Shown here: piece by piece, positions 1-12,262 of the stretch
How positions within the stretch are numbered: position 1 is the stretch's first letter
How the letters are laid out: each line of letters opens with the position of its first letter
Assembly: GCF_035594765.1 (NCBI RefSeq)
Contig: NC_085841.1
Span: 258,064,689-258,128,688, forward strand
Direction of reading: 5' to 3'
Source of the DNA: Anolis carolinensis
Lineage: Eukaryota
DNA: 64,000 bases
Position numbers and translations under genes: made by a program
The notes under the pieces: model-generated
The model's input: the letters and a program-made list of their open reading frames with translations, nothing else
What the model was told of the DNA's origin: nothing
Database searches by the model: none

Positions 1-339
1 AACTAGAAATCCCAGGAGTCCATAGCTTGGAGCCAGGACAGTCAAAACGGGGTCAAAGCACACCAATTCTTGGATGCATCCAGAGGTATAATAATGGTCA
101 ATCTAGAAAGACTTCCTATCTCCTCCCTTCTCTCCAGGATTTTGTACCAACATGCTTCATGGAAGAACTCGCACTATCTTTGCACCACTTTTGTAAAAAT
201 TTAATGGGCTTCATAAAAGATATTATACTTACTCTGAATTTTGTTTGTGAAAGTGAATCATATGGCTACTTTTTAGAGTACCCCCCCCCCAACATTATAT
301 AATTCCAAGCAATGCAATTCTGTATCGGGAAATGAATGC

Positions 340-955
340 ATTTCCCAACACCTCCCAACAAAAGATTCCCCTAGGCAGGAATCAGCCAGGCTTTGAAGCT
401 GCAAGGCTTTTCAATGCTAATTAAGGTGATTAATTGCAACATTCACACTTGCCTTCAACAGAGAAGAGTTCTTTCTCCCACTCTGGACCTTACACAGATA
501 CAGTAGAGTCTTACTTATCCAAGATAAATGGGCCAGCAGAACGTTGGATAAGCGAAAATCTTGGATAATAAGGAGGGATTAAGAAAAAAGCCTATTAAAC
601 ATAAAATTACATTATGATTTTACAAATTAAGCACCAAAACATCATGTTTTACAGGAAATATATAGAAAAAGCAGTTCAATACACAGTAATGTTATGTAGT
701 AATTACTGTATTTATGAATTTAGCACCAAAACATTGCAACATTTACTACAAAAACAATGACTACTAAAAGGCAGACTGCCTTGGATAATACAGAACCTTG
801 GATAAGTGAGACTCTACTGTATATAAACTTCCCTTGCTTAGTTTTCCAATATACCTTACAACTTCTGAGGATGCCTGCCATTGATGTGGACAAAACATCA
901 GGAGAGAATGCTTCTGGAACATGGCCACACAGCCCGGAAAACTCACAGCAACCCA
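340..955 (+). mobile_element. Penelope terminal fragment interrupted by a MITE
   Basis: Matches the 16320-16600 Penelope end; the hammerhead at about 862-902 is degenerate. Confidence 0.75.
501..819. mobile_element. Tc1/mariner-type MITE
   Basis: TIR CAGTAGAGTCTYACTTATCCAAG with TA duplication. Confidence 0.85.
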
Positions 956-985
956 ATGAATGCATAGTTTATCGATTGGATAAAT

Positions 986-1229
986 GGAGCAGTGGTGGCA
1001 CAATGGGTTAAACCCTTCTGCTGGCTGAATTGCTGATCTGAACGTGTTTGGATCCGCAAGACGGGGTGAGCTCCCATCTGTCAGTTCTAGCTTGCAGAGA
1101 CATGAGAGAAGCCTCCCAACTAGCACATCAAGGTGTCCCCTGGGCAATATTTCTGTAGACGGACAATTCTCTCACACCAGAAGTAACTTGTAGTATGTTC
1201 TCAAATTGCTTCTGACACAAAAGAAAAAA
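986..1229 (+). mobile_element. tRNA-head SINE, second family with poly-A tail
   Basis: Similar to the copies at 2370-2647, 44097-44342 and 63453-63708; ends CTGACAC followed by an A-tract. Confidence 0.75.
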
Positions 1230-1614
1230 TCCCTTGAGCGCATCCACACTGGAAATAACACAGCTTGACACCACTTTAATTGCTGTGCTGGGAGTTGAGA
1301 GTCTGGTGAGAACCCAGAACACTTTGGCAGATAATATATAAAACGACCACTCACTGGATTCCATAGTATTGAGCCATGGCAGTTAAAGTGGTATCGAACT
1401 GCATTAATTCTACAGTCCAGAGGCACCCTTAGCTCCTACAAGAGCACCAAACCAGGAAACAGCCCTCAAGGAAGTTCGAGAGAAGAATCTCCTTGTCAGC
1501 AAATCACTCAAATTCTATTTTCTAAAATATAGCTGCAAAGGCAATGTTTTAGAATCCTTCGCTGGAAACATTAAGCATGAAACTAAGCATTCGCAATGTG
1601 GTTTGCTCAGAACC

Positions 1615-1811
1615 CAGGTATGGGCCAACTTGGGCCTTGCAGGTGTTTTGGACTTCAACTCCCACCATTCCTCACAGCCTCAGGCCCCTTTCTTTTCCCC
1701 CTCAGCCGCTTAAGCGGCTGAGGGGGAAAAGGAAGGGGCCTGAGGCTGTGAGGAATGGTGGGAGTTGAAGTCCAAAACACTTGGAGGAAGGCCCAAGTTG
1801 GCCCATACTTG
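1615..1811. mobile_element. Palindromic (foldback) hAT-type MITE
   Basis: Near-perfect palindrome centred on GCTT|AAGC (1711/1712); same family as 14883-15075. Confidence 0.8.
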
Positions 1812-1859
1812 GGTTAAACCCACTGCCGTTCCCATGCTTGCTGGAGCAAGCCCAGCCGC

Positions 1860-2060
1860 GTCGCCCACCTTCTGCCTTCTGCCTGCGCCGTGGGGGATGC
1901 CGGGAAACGTAGTTCCGCAGCTCGACGGACTCGCTGACGCCGGCGCTCATCGCGCCCAAGCTCTTAAGACCCCGCTTCGCCGCTCGGCCCCGCCCACCCG
2001 GCCTGCCCGTGGAGGAGGCGCCGGGAAGCGTAGTTCTCAAAGCTCGCCGATCAGGTAGAT
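1860..2060 (-). promoter_or_regulatory. Small CpG island with two ZNF143/SBS-like motifs; possible promoter and first exon of a leftward gene (CYB561A3 by synteny)
   Basis: On the - strand: ACTACGTTTCCCGGCATCC (1913-1895) and ACTACGCTTCCCGGCGC (2034-2018), a GC box, and a candidate donor AG|GTGGGC at 1869/1868. Gene identity is inferred only from the human gene order. Confidence 0.5.
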
Positions 2061-2334
2061 TCTTCAAGGGCAGCTTGGAAAGGGTTCGGCTCCTTTGTTT
2101 TGTCTCTCTGCGTCAAAGCCTCGGAGAGGCCTGCGAGCTTACTCACTCTTTCCGTGACTAGACCTCGATTCAAGGCAACCCCATCTACACTTGAACTGCC
2201 ATATGGCTCAATGTTAGGAAAGTTGTAGGTTTATGAGGTCTTTAAGCTTCTCTGCCAAATAAAAGGGCAGAATAAAAACTACAATAATAAATAAATAATA
2301 ATAAAAATAATAAAAATAAAAACTACAGACCCCC

Positions 2335-2868
2335 ATGTGTTGTCGCAGGCTTTCATGAGTTGCTGTGAGCCCCCCGATGGCGTAGTGGATTAAAGCCTTG
2401 TGACTTGAAGGTTGGGTTGCTGATCTGAAATTCAGCTGCCAGGTTCGAATCCCACCCGGGGAGAGCATGGATGAGCTCCCTCTATCAGCTCCAGTTCCAT
2501 GCGGGGACATGAGAGAAGCCTCCCACAAGGATGATAAAAACATCAAAACACCCGGGCGTCCCCTGGGTAACGTCCTTGCAGACGGCCAATTCTCATACAC
2601 CAGAAGTGACTTGCAGTTTCTCAAGTCGCTCCTGACACGAAAAAAAATGGGTTGCTGTGAGTGTTCTGAGCTGTATGGCCATGTTTCGGAAGCATTCTCT
2701 CCTGACGTTTCGCCAACCTGGACTTTCCACAGATATATAAACCCCTCTTGTCTAGTTTTCAACAGACCTCACAACCTCTGAGGCGGCCTGCCATAGATGC
2801 AGGCGAAACGTCAGGAGAGAATGCTTCTGGAACATAGCCATACAGGCCGGAAAGCTCACAGAACCCAT
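2335..2868. mobile_element. Inverted-repeat Penelope fragment
   Basis: 2648-2715 is the reverse complement of about 2800-2868; contains a nested SINE. Confidence 0.7.
2370..2647 (+). mobile_element. tRNA-head SINE (second family) nested in a Penelope fragment
   Basis: A/B boxes (TGGCGTAGTGG, GGTTCGAATCC), poly-A tail, flanking near-duplicate ATG(A/G)GTTGCTGTGAG. Confidence 0.8.
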
Positions 2869-2899
2869 CATTCCATAAAGCCATGGCAGTCAATGCTCA

Positions 2900-3330
2900 A
2901 CAGCCGCCTTGGGAAAAACCGGAAACCGCCTGCCCAGGCTATGTACGCGGAGTCAGGCCCCGCTCTGCTTCCGGTCCCACTCCCTCCTACGACGCGTCCC
3001 TTTCGCCCCGCCCCCTTGGCTGCGTCGTCTCCATGGAGACCGTCGGCGGCGCGAGGCGAGTGTGGGCGGCGCGGGGCGTCTTGTCCTGAACTGAGGAGAT
3101 GAGCGTGAGGTAGAAGCTGCGCCTGGCTGAGGCAGACCCACTTTCGGGCTCGAAGCGCCCGTCCACACGACAAGCGGGCCCTTGACGGGTCTGGACCCTT
3201 TACAGACACCTCTCGGGGATTCCGTGACCGCTCAGCCTCCGCCGCCGCCATTCTTCCTCCCGCTGAGCCTGCTGGCGGCAGATTTAGAGGGCGATTTGTG
3301 TTCAGGATGTCGCGCACAGGCCGCGGTAAG
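2900..3330 (+). promoter_or_regulatory. TMEM138 CpG-island promoter and exon 1, with palindromic RFX X-box-like site GTCTCCATGGAGAC (3027-3040)
   Basis: CpG-rich, with ETS cores (CCGGAA, CTTCCGG), a GC box near 3005-3013, a perfect 14-bp palindrome and a splice donor at 3326. Confidence 0.75.
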
Positions 3331-3594
3331 TGCAGCACGAAGGGAAAGGGGGGGGGGGGGAGAGAGACAAGAGAGCTACGTTTAAGTATCTGAAAGGATG
3401 TCACATGAGGAGGGGCGAGCTTGTTTTCTGCTGCTCTGAAGGCCAGGACACAACGAAGCAATGGATTCAAATTGTAGAACGAGGCATCCCACCTAAACAT
3501 GAGGAAGAACTTCCTGACTGTAAGAGCTATTTAACAGAGGAACTTTCTGCCTCGGAGTGTGGCGGAGTCCCATTCTCATAGGGGTTTGAATATA

Positions 3595-3902
3595 CAGTAG
3601 AGTCCCACTTATCCAAGCTAAACGATCCGGCAGAAGCTTGGATAAGCGAATATCTTGGATAATAAGGAGGGATTAAGGAAAAGCCTATTAAACATCAAAT
3701 TGGGTTATGATTTTACAAATTAAGCACCAAAACATCATGTTATACAACAAATTTGACAGAAAAAGTAGTTTAATACGCAGTAATGTTATGTTGTAATTAC
3801 TGTATTTACAAATTTAGCACCAAAATATCATGATATATTGAAAACATTGACTACAAAAATGGCTTGGATAATCCAGAAGCTTGGATAAGTGAGACTCTAC
3901 TG
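3595..3902. mobile_element. Tc1/mariner-type MITE (same family as 501-819)
   Basis: Same TIRs, TA duplication and homologous interior. Confidence 0.85.
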
Positions 3903-5003
3903 TAATAACAATAATAACAATAATAATATTTATATCCCACTTTTTCACCCTAAACGGGCCCCAAAGCGGTTTACAACTTTATATAAAAGAAAATACAAAA
4001 CAATATACATATATAAAGCAATAACCAATAAGAACAAATTTACAATAAATAAATAAACATATTTAAAAACATATGTCTAATACAATTATTGCAGGCAACT
4101 CAACAAGACAGATGGTAAAGTTAGCATGACTCAATAAAAGCTGAATGGCCATCTGTTGGGGGTGCTCCGATTGTGTACTTCTGCCTGGCAGAATGGGCTT
4201 GGACTGGATGGCCCTTGAGGGGTCACTGTGGTTCTATGGCTTGGGTGGTGGTTGCTGTACTTACAGAGAAACAAAAACGCACATTGATTTTTGCTGCCAC
4301 TATTACCATTTCCCTTATTTCCTCTTTGACATCCAGGGTTTGTGGAATACAGTCAGTCTTCCTCTTTGTTGACTGATTCTTCATCCACAGATTTAACTAC
4401 CCACAGCTTGAAAATGTTCCACACACAATAATAATAATAATTTTAAAAATACCCCCACAGGCTACAGCACAGTTAAAATACACAAAATAAAGGACCATAA
4501 AATACATATATTAAAAAAGATCAAAGATTAAAATACCGATACTAATAAAATGTAAATTACAAAATCATGGTTTAATATTGACTGGGTAGGCCTGCCGGAC
4601 AAACCTTGATTATGCTATTCTATGTAAGAGATTACATTTTGCCACTATATATAATGGGATGAACATCCATGGATTTTGGTATCCACAGTTAATTATAGTT
4701 ATGAATTAGCAAGAAAAATCATTTTATGGTTGGGGGTCACCACAACTTGAGGAACTGTATTAAGGGATCGTGGCATTATGTTGAGAACCACTGTTCTAAG
4801 CCAATGAATCTTCTTTTTACAATATTGCTTCTCTCACTTTCTCCCTCTCCACATGTTTTTCTGCAGATTTGAGATCTTTGTCTGAAGGACTTATGAGTGA
4901 CTGGGTTGGTGGAAACGCTTTGTACCCCGGTATGTTATGAGAATGAGCTGGTGCTCTTGTCTGGGATGCAGGCATTGAGATTCCACAACTCTCGGCCAGG
5001 AAA

Positions 5004-8000
5004 ATGCTCCAAACCAGCAACTACAGCCTGGTGCTCTCTTTGCAGTTCTTACTGCTATCCTTTGACCTCTTTGTCAACTCTTTCTCTGAACTGCTGCGCA
5101 TGGCCCCTGTTATCCAGCTTGTGCTCTTCATGTGAGTATGGCTCGGCAGTGCATGTGCATCAGTGTCTACGTTTAGAATGTATTTGCCTCACTAAAAAGG
5201 TTAACATGATAAAAAGGAACACTTACTATTCTATAGTTATAAAATCCATAGACAGACACACACATATACAGTTGGCTCTCCATATCCTTGGATTCTGTAC
5301 CTGCAGACTCAGCCGTCTACAAATTGAAACTATTTTTAAAATCATTACAAAAACCTTGTTTTTACTGTTTAAATGAGATTGTTTTTCTACACCATTGTCT
5401 ATAATGGGACTTGAGCATCCTTAGATTTTAGTATCCACGCCAGGAGCTTTGATACAAACCCCCAGCAGATACTAAGGGCCTATTGTACTACTGCAGAGTG
5501 GTGTTTTGAATAAGTGACTTGGAATAGAGATTGGTACAGTGTATGTGCTTTCTGAAATCTAAGTGGTTCATATCTAAATAGTGTTTTGAAGAAGCTATTG
5601 CTAAATAAACCACTGATGTTATATATTTTTCCTATGGCTGCAAGTTCAGTGCTCACTATATGTATATGTGTTTTCTAAACTATGACTACCAGTGAGTGGC
5701 AGGAGGGAAAATGAGTGAATTGTAAATAGGTGTCATTACATGGCATTCTTCTGTCAAAAGATTTGGATATTTTTTCTATCATTGTTGGGAGTAATGGCCA
5801 GAGGAAATGAATAGTTAGGTTAATATACTTCGTAGGTTTATGTTTTTCTAGTAGCAGGTGACTGCTTTCTACAGTATGTAAGGCATCCATCAATCTCTGT
5901 CTCATTGAACTGTCTGTTTGTTTTACAGCATTCAGGATATTGCAATCCTCTTCAATATTATTATCATCTTCCTCATGTTCTTCAATACCTTCGTCTTCCA
6001 GGCTGGCCTGGTTAATCTTCTGTTCCACAAATTTAAGGGAACAATCGTCCTTTCAGGAACATACCTTGCTTTGAGTGTATCCTTCCACATCTGGATCATG
6101 GTAGGTCTTTATTTGAGTCATACAAATAATTGTTTGTAATTCATATTGTAAAAGCCCATGTAGAACACAGAGTAATTAAGGTAGCAAATAAAACAGTTAA
6201 ACATTAGTTTTATATGTTTTCCTTCCCCATGCCTCAGAGTGAATTCAGTACTATGTACGAAGTCGTAGCTTTAGTTAATATGGGTAAAATGCAGTTTTGT
6301 TTTGGTGTACTCAACAAAAAGGTACTGTGATAACAGAAGAAGTAGTGAGCACAAGTGCAGGTTAATAGAACATTTTCTGCCTAAGGCTTCAAAAAACAGT
6401 TATGCATGAATATAAATCTCTTTGAAAACGTATTTGGTGAAAAGTAACAAAATCGATAAATTGGAAACTTTAGAGAAGAAGGTAGCCATGCAGGCACTAT
6501 CACTGAAACGCAAGAAATCCCTTGCAGAGATTTTCTTAAGATTTCTCAACTTTTTTTCGCACTCCTGCCTAAATACCCTAAAGGCTCCAGGCCCTGTCTG
6601 ATCCTGAAAGCAAAGCAATTCTGGTTAGTGCTTGGATGGGAGGCTACTAACAAATACCGGGTACTGTAGGCTATATTACAGAGGAAGGGACTGGAAAAAC
6701 CACATTTGAGTATTCTTTGCCGTAAGAACACTCTATAAGATTCTTGTAGTTGTCATAAGTCAACAAGTAACTTGGAGGTGCACATACACAATTAAAATCA
6801 ATATAAACAGCTTCTAGTACAGGTGTACAGTATTTCTAGGACAGAAGCTGCCTTTTGGGAGGGATGGAGAGTTCCATTTATAGATATTTTTAAAATAGAT
6901 ATCAACCCAGTTATTATTCCCTCTGTGCATCTGCAGGTACTACTAGATCACAAAATATGTCATTCATTTGTTCTTTCTATACCGTACAATTGTAAATACT
7001 CTCCTGCAGCTGTCTTATTTGTGAGTGTCTCCATGATGGTGATATTCAAAGAATTGGACCCCGGGGATGAGCCAAAGTGCCCTCTTAACATAAAAAAATG
7101 GTATCATTGAAACAAGCTTAGCAGAAAGGATCCATTATTATAATTTGTCTCAAAACCTAACTACCACCATGGATTATAGTACTGTGTATCCTTATAGCTT
7201 GATAGCTCTTTGTTCTGCATACACTTGGGTACTAAATCAGCTTCAAACATTTCATAATTTTGACAGTGTTAAGATAGAATTTCCTATTACCATGATTAGC
7301 TCATCTCAGGAGACCATTCAGTTGCTTTTTAATCTTCCCTTACCAAAGTTTGACACGTTTCTGCTTTGTTCTGCTTTTGACAGTTCCAGTTTGTTATAGT
7401 TCCTCTTTAAATCTTCAGTGAGAGAATGAGTCCAAATGCACAGGTCACTACTTTTATTTAAATCTTTTTTTACTTTTCAAATAAGCAGACATTTGTTTGT
7501 TCCTTGTTGGTATAGTTCATTATGTGACCTAATTCTCAGTATGGCCTGTCTCAATGATATAAGCTGACCTAATTTTACTTTTTTTAGTTATCTGCATCTG
7601 AGATCTATGCAAAATGAATGGCCTTGCATATGTTGTCATTTAAATGAGCTTTTAGACGTGTCAGTTTGGATTTGCATTATAGTCTGCAGTACACTAAGGA
7701 CTAATGTGCCTACCACAGTCTATATATTACATTTTTTTCAGAAGATGATCTTGTATGTATCTGTGATTGTGTGTCATCTCTTAGCTGAGATGGTTAGTTT
7801 TTGATTTGCAGTTTCTGTAGTTTGGAAGATCTATAGGAAGCAACTCTTCTGATATGGATTGTACCCTAATTATTTTATTGCAACTCTAACTATAAACAGA
7901 AATGGAGAGTTTTGGTTATGACTATATCAAAGAGCATTATTGGCTCACAATTTGTTTTATTATATTTACAGTAAAGTCCAGTAGTATGCTAGATGTTTGA

Positions 8001-11000
8001 TACTACTCATTATTATTGGAGAACTGAAAATGTTTCACTTGTTGATCAAACTTTTGACTGAAGCATTGTTTATATTCCTTTATTCCATTGGATTATGGTC
8101 CAGTATTAGGGGTCAGTTTGGATCACTCAAATCTTCCAGGATAGGTACTGACTGTATTTGTGGCACCCTGCAGTTAGATTTAAATTTTGACTTGTTTGGG
8201 TAGCAGTTTTGCTATCTCATATATATTGTATAACACATGACTTGAGTTTTAGGAACTGTTAACTCACAGAATTTATTTCCTAAACAGATTTGAGAATTCC
8301 ACAGAAACACCATCATTTGAACTAATTAAAAGATTTGCCTTTGGACCTACTGGTCTATAGAAACTGATATCTATAAGTGGCAAGAAATTATGTAGTAGTT
8401 GTGTTCAAACAGTGATCAAGAAGCAAATTTGGTTTTGGAGCTTTGTAACTTGGGGTAGGCATCATGTGGCCTATTGTTGTTGGACAGCACCTCCCAGTAC
8501 TCCAAACCACGAACTATGTTGACTAAGACTAATGGGAATTGCAGTGCAGCAGCATTTGGAGAGCCATACGATTGTAGCAGATGAAATTCTGTATTTTCCA
8601 TTTTGCTACAATTGATTATATTTGTGACTTACTTTTTCAATGCCAACAGAAGCTGGGATTCAAGAATAAATTAGACAGAAGGTAGACCAGAACCCTCTAA
8701 TACATGTCTAAGTGATCTGTAGTAGATTGGCAATGATTCCTGACTTTAGAATGCTGAACTATTACAACAACATTACTACCCCCATACAGAATTTTAAATG
8801 CTTGTGCTGAAGAGTCTGACTTCATTTTTAATATTCATAACAAATTCCTAGGCCCAGAATTCTTTAATTGCATGTGCCTTTTGTCTAACACTCTTATAAG
8901 TAGATCTTTGGAGTTTATTCAAAATTTAAATAGATCAGATTCTTCAAGTTTGAAGACTGACCATCCCTGATTGTTTACATCCGTTGCTGTTCAGAGATAC
9001 TTTGCCAAAGAATTGATACAGCCCATCTCATTTAGGCTGTTGAAACTGAAACGTAATTTTGAAAGGTTTGTTCCTATGAAATAGTGTAACAGAGATGATG
9101 AAGTTTTAATGTAATATCTGATTGCAGTTGGTCTTCCATATCCATGAAATCTGCCAGTTCTGGCTTGAAAATATTTTTTTAAACCATTCAGAAAGCAAAC
9201 CTTGATTTTGCCATTATACAAGAGACACCATTTTGCTATGCTACTGTGCATAATGAGACCCGAACATCCACAGATTTAGAGATCCATGGGGGGTCCTTGA
9301 ACCAAACCAATGGATACTAAGGGCCCACTGTATTTTGCTGAAACAGCTGTAAGTAACAAAAAATGCATGGTATAGCTTTTTTTCTACTAGGAGAAAAGTA
9401 TTTCATTCCCAAAGCAATCACTGTATTAGATATATTCGTGGCAACAAATACACCTACGTCATGAACCTATGGGAGCTAAATTGGCTTATTTTCCTCTCTA
9501 CTTCTCAACATATTTTTCTGTTGTATCTTCTCTGTTACATTTTGTGCTGTTATTTTAAACAATAACCTTGTGTGTGTGACTTGGTAGAAGAGACATTACA
9601 TATATGATAGCTAATTAATAATCATGTGATAATTGGTGACTCATTAGAGATCAGTGACCCATTATATTACATGCATTAATTTACTACCACATCTTTGATT
9701 CATTTAATTTATCCAGAGTAACGCTTCAGTCTGACTAGTTTCCTGGACTTTGCTCTATCAGGCAGGAGGCTTTAAGAGGATTTTCTGGGATCTGTTGTTA
9801 GGAGCTAGAATAGGTCTGGGCATTCTTTATAAATCTGCTGATCCGATTAACCTTTCTGTGCTCCCTGAGTTGTTCCCCAGCACTTGCACCCATCCCATGT
9901 GGTGTCTAGATGCTCAATCATTAGGGTAGATTGGAAGGAGAGAGATCTGCTTTGGTTCAAAACACGAGTTTGAGGAGATCTCAAGTAGAATGAGCTTGTG
10001 AAAGTGCTCATGTAGCCTTAGTGTTGTTAATGTTGCTTGAAGTCTTATGGAAAGTCATGTCAACTTTTAATGTGAGCCATTTTATAGGTTTCATTTTATC
10101 AGTGGATGTGTTCTACTGAATAAATGGAGTAGGGAATATATGTGCAGTGACAATTCAGCGAAGTTGTGTGTCAATTTTAACTCTGGTGTTTCTTCTGAAA
10201 ATATCTGAGCTTTTAAAGAACACAGGACTCGTGTGAGTGTTTTTAAAATATTCATTTGGACAAGAATAACTAGGAAGCAGTATTTAAAATAAATGAACTT
10301 GAGTCCCAAATGTGTCCTGGCAGTAATGAAAGCATACAACAATATTCCAGTGTCAAAATCTATATTAGCCCTGTACACTCAAGCAAAATCCACAGAGTGA
10401 AACTTGCCCCTCATTGAGAGGTATATAGACTTGAAGCTTTAATATCCGATTTCCTTGGAAACAAAACAGTTGGCCTTCCTTCTATCGCAGAGATTTGGGT
10501 GGTTGAAAGATGGGAATGTATGGTCTTCCAGATATTACTGGATTGTGGTTCTATCAACCCAATGGGAGATGATTCAACTGAAATAATTTTAAAACAAAGG
10601 CCTCATTTGTTCTAGATTGTTGAATTTATTTTTAAAGGTTTTTTAATTACTATATTCAAAGTTGTAGAAATTACTGTATCTAATTGTAGAAGCAGTGTCT
10701 CTGGTCTAGAGAAGCTTGATAGAAGAGTAATTTTTTTAAAAGACTGGATGGGAAGTTGGTGAGCTTTATGTTGCAGGAGGAACAATTTTTCATGTTGAAT
10801 TTGTTTTCTTGTTAAAGGATTGCTTTTTAACACTTTATAATGTATTTCCTACAGAACCTCCGCTGGAGAAGTTCCAATTATTTTGTTTGGACTGATGGAC
10901 TGCAGACCCTCTTTGTTTTCCAAAGACTGGGTAAGTGCTAGAATGTATCACTTTGTCCTCTGTATCATGAGTTGTAGGCAGAGCTATAGAAGCTGTCATG

Positions 11001-12222
11001 AAGTGGCTCCAGGGAGAGTTGTCACGCAGAATGCAGCTGGGAGAAAAAGGAAGGGAAGGACTTTTAGAAGGTTTCTGATACAGAGCTATTGAATCCTTTT
11101 GTTCAGTAATGAATGCATCATGTGGCTGCATTGCTTCTTGTTTGAGGTGAAATTCTTTTCTACCTCTGTCTGGAGACTTGTTGAGGTTTTAATCTAGGAT
11201 CTTCTACCTACAAAGCTTGCAGTCCACCCAGGTTAGGCAGGTATTGAAAATGCTTTGCTTGCTGGGTACATTAGTACCTTTCTTGATCATGACTGACTCC
11301 CTTCCCCAAGAACAATGGAAAGGTTTCCATAAAGCTAGTTGTAACAGAAAACCCAACTATAATGGGGATTTTTGTTTATGTTATTAATGTTGGCTTATGG
11401 CAAAGGTAAGCAGGAGTTAGCTACTTCTGATTGGTTGTGCGTCGCCATGGTAACGTAGCTACTGCTGTAGAAATGTAACTTTGGAGAGGCTAGCAAGAAA
11501 GGGGCAGAGCTAACTGAAAGGAAAAAGGAGGGAACATTTAAAAAGTGATCTCAGTTCTAGCTAGGGAGCTAGAAGGAAGACATCTGTATTTCAGTTTCTA
11601 GCTATAGAGCTAGAAGGAAGACGTCTGTATTTGAGTTTTCTAGCTGGTGAGCTAGAAGGAAGACGTCTGTATTTGAGTTTTCTAGCTGGTGAGCTAGAAG
11701 GAAGATGTATGTGTTCAAATTGTAGCTTCCAATGTTATATTGAAGAAATAAGAGATTAATTTAGGTCTGCGTTCTCAGTTTGGTAGGAGCCCCGGTGGCG
11801 AAGTGTGTTAAAGCACTGAGCTGCTGAACTTTTCAGATCGAAAGGTCCCAGGTTCAAATCCCGGTAGCGGAGTGAGCTCCCACTGTTGCTTCAGCTTCTG
11901 CCAACCTAGCAGTTTGAAAACATGCCAATGTGAGTAGATCAATAGGTACCGCTCCGGCGGGAAGGTAACGGTGCTCCATGCAGTCATGCCGGCCACATGA
12001 CCTTGGAGGTGTCTACGGACAACGCCGGCTCTTCGGCTTAGAAATGGAGATGAGCACCAACCCCCAGAGTCAGACATGACTGGACTTAACATCAGGGGAA
12101 ACCTTTACCTTTACCTCTCAGTTTGGTAGAACTGAGAGGAATAGGGAGTCTTAGGTTTCAGTCAGTTTGACTATAGTGAAGAGTAATTTTGAGATTAAAG
12201 TACCCAGTCAGAAAGGCGGAGG

Positions 12223-12262
<40 letters not shown>

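Noticed and set aside
2868-3500. 210-aa minus-strand ORF containing MAAAEAERSR
   Set aside because: It spans a CR1 fragment and the TMEM138 CpG island with no recognisable homology. AATGGCGGC is more simply read as a YY1-type motif.
11567-11710. About 40-bp direct repeats that could be mistaken for a CRISPR-like array
   Set aside because: Head-to-tail LTR tandem repeats without unique spacers, in a eukaryotic context.
11787-11870. tRNA-like A/B boxes as possible tRNA genes (also near 2375 and 63460)
   Set aside because: These are SINE heads followed by SINE bodies, tails and TSDs, not stand-alone tRNAs.
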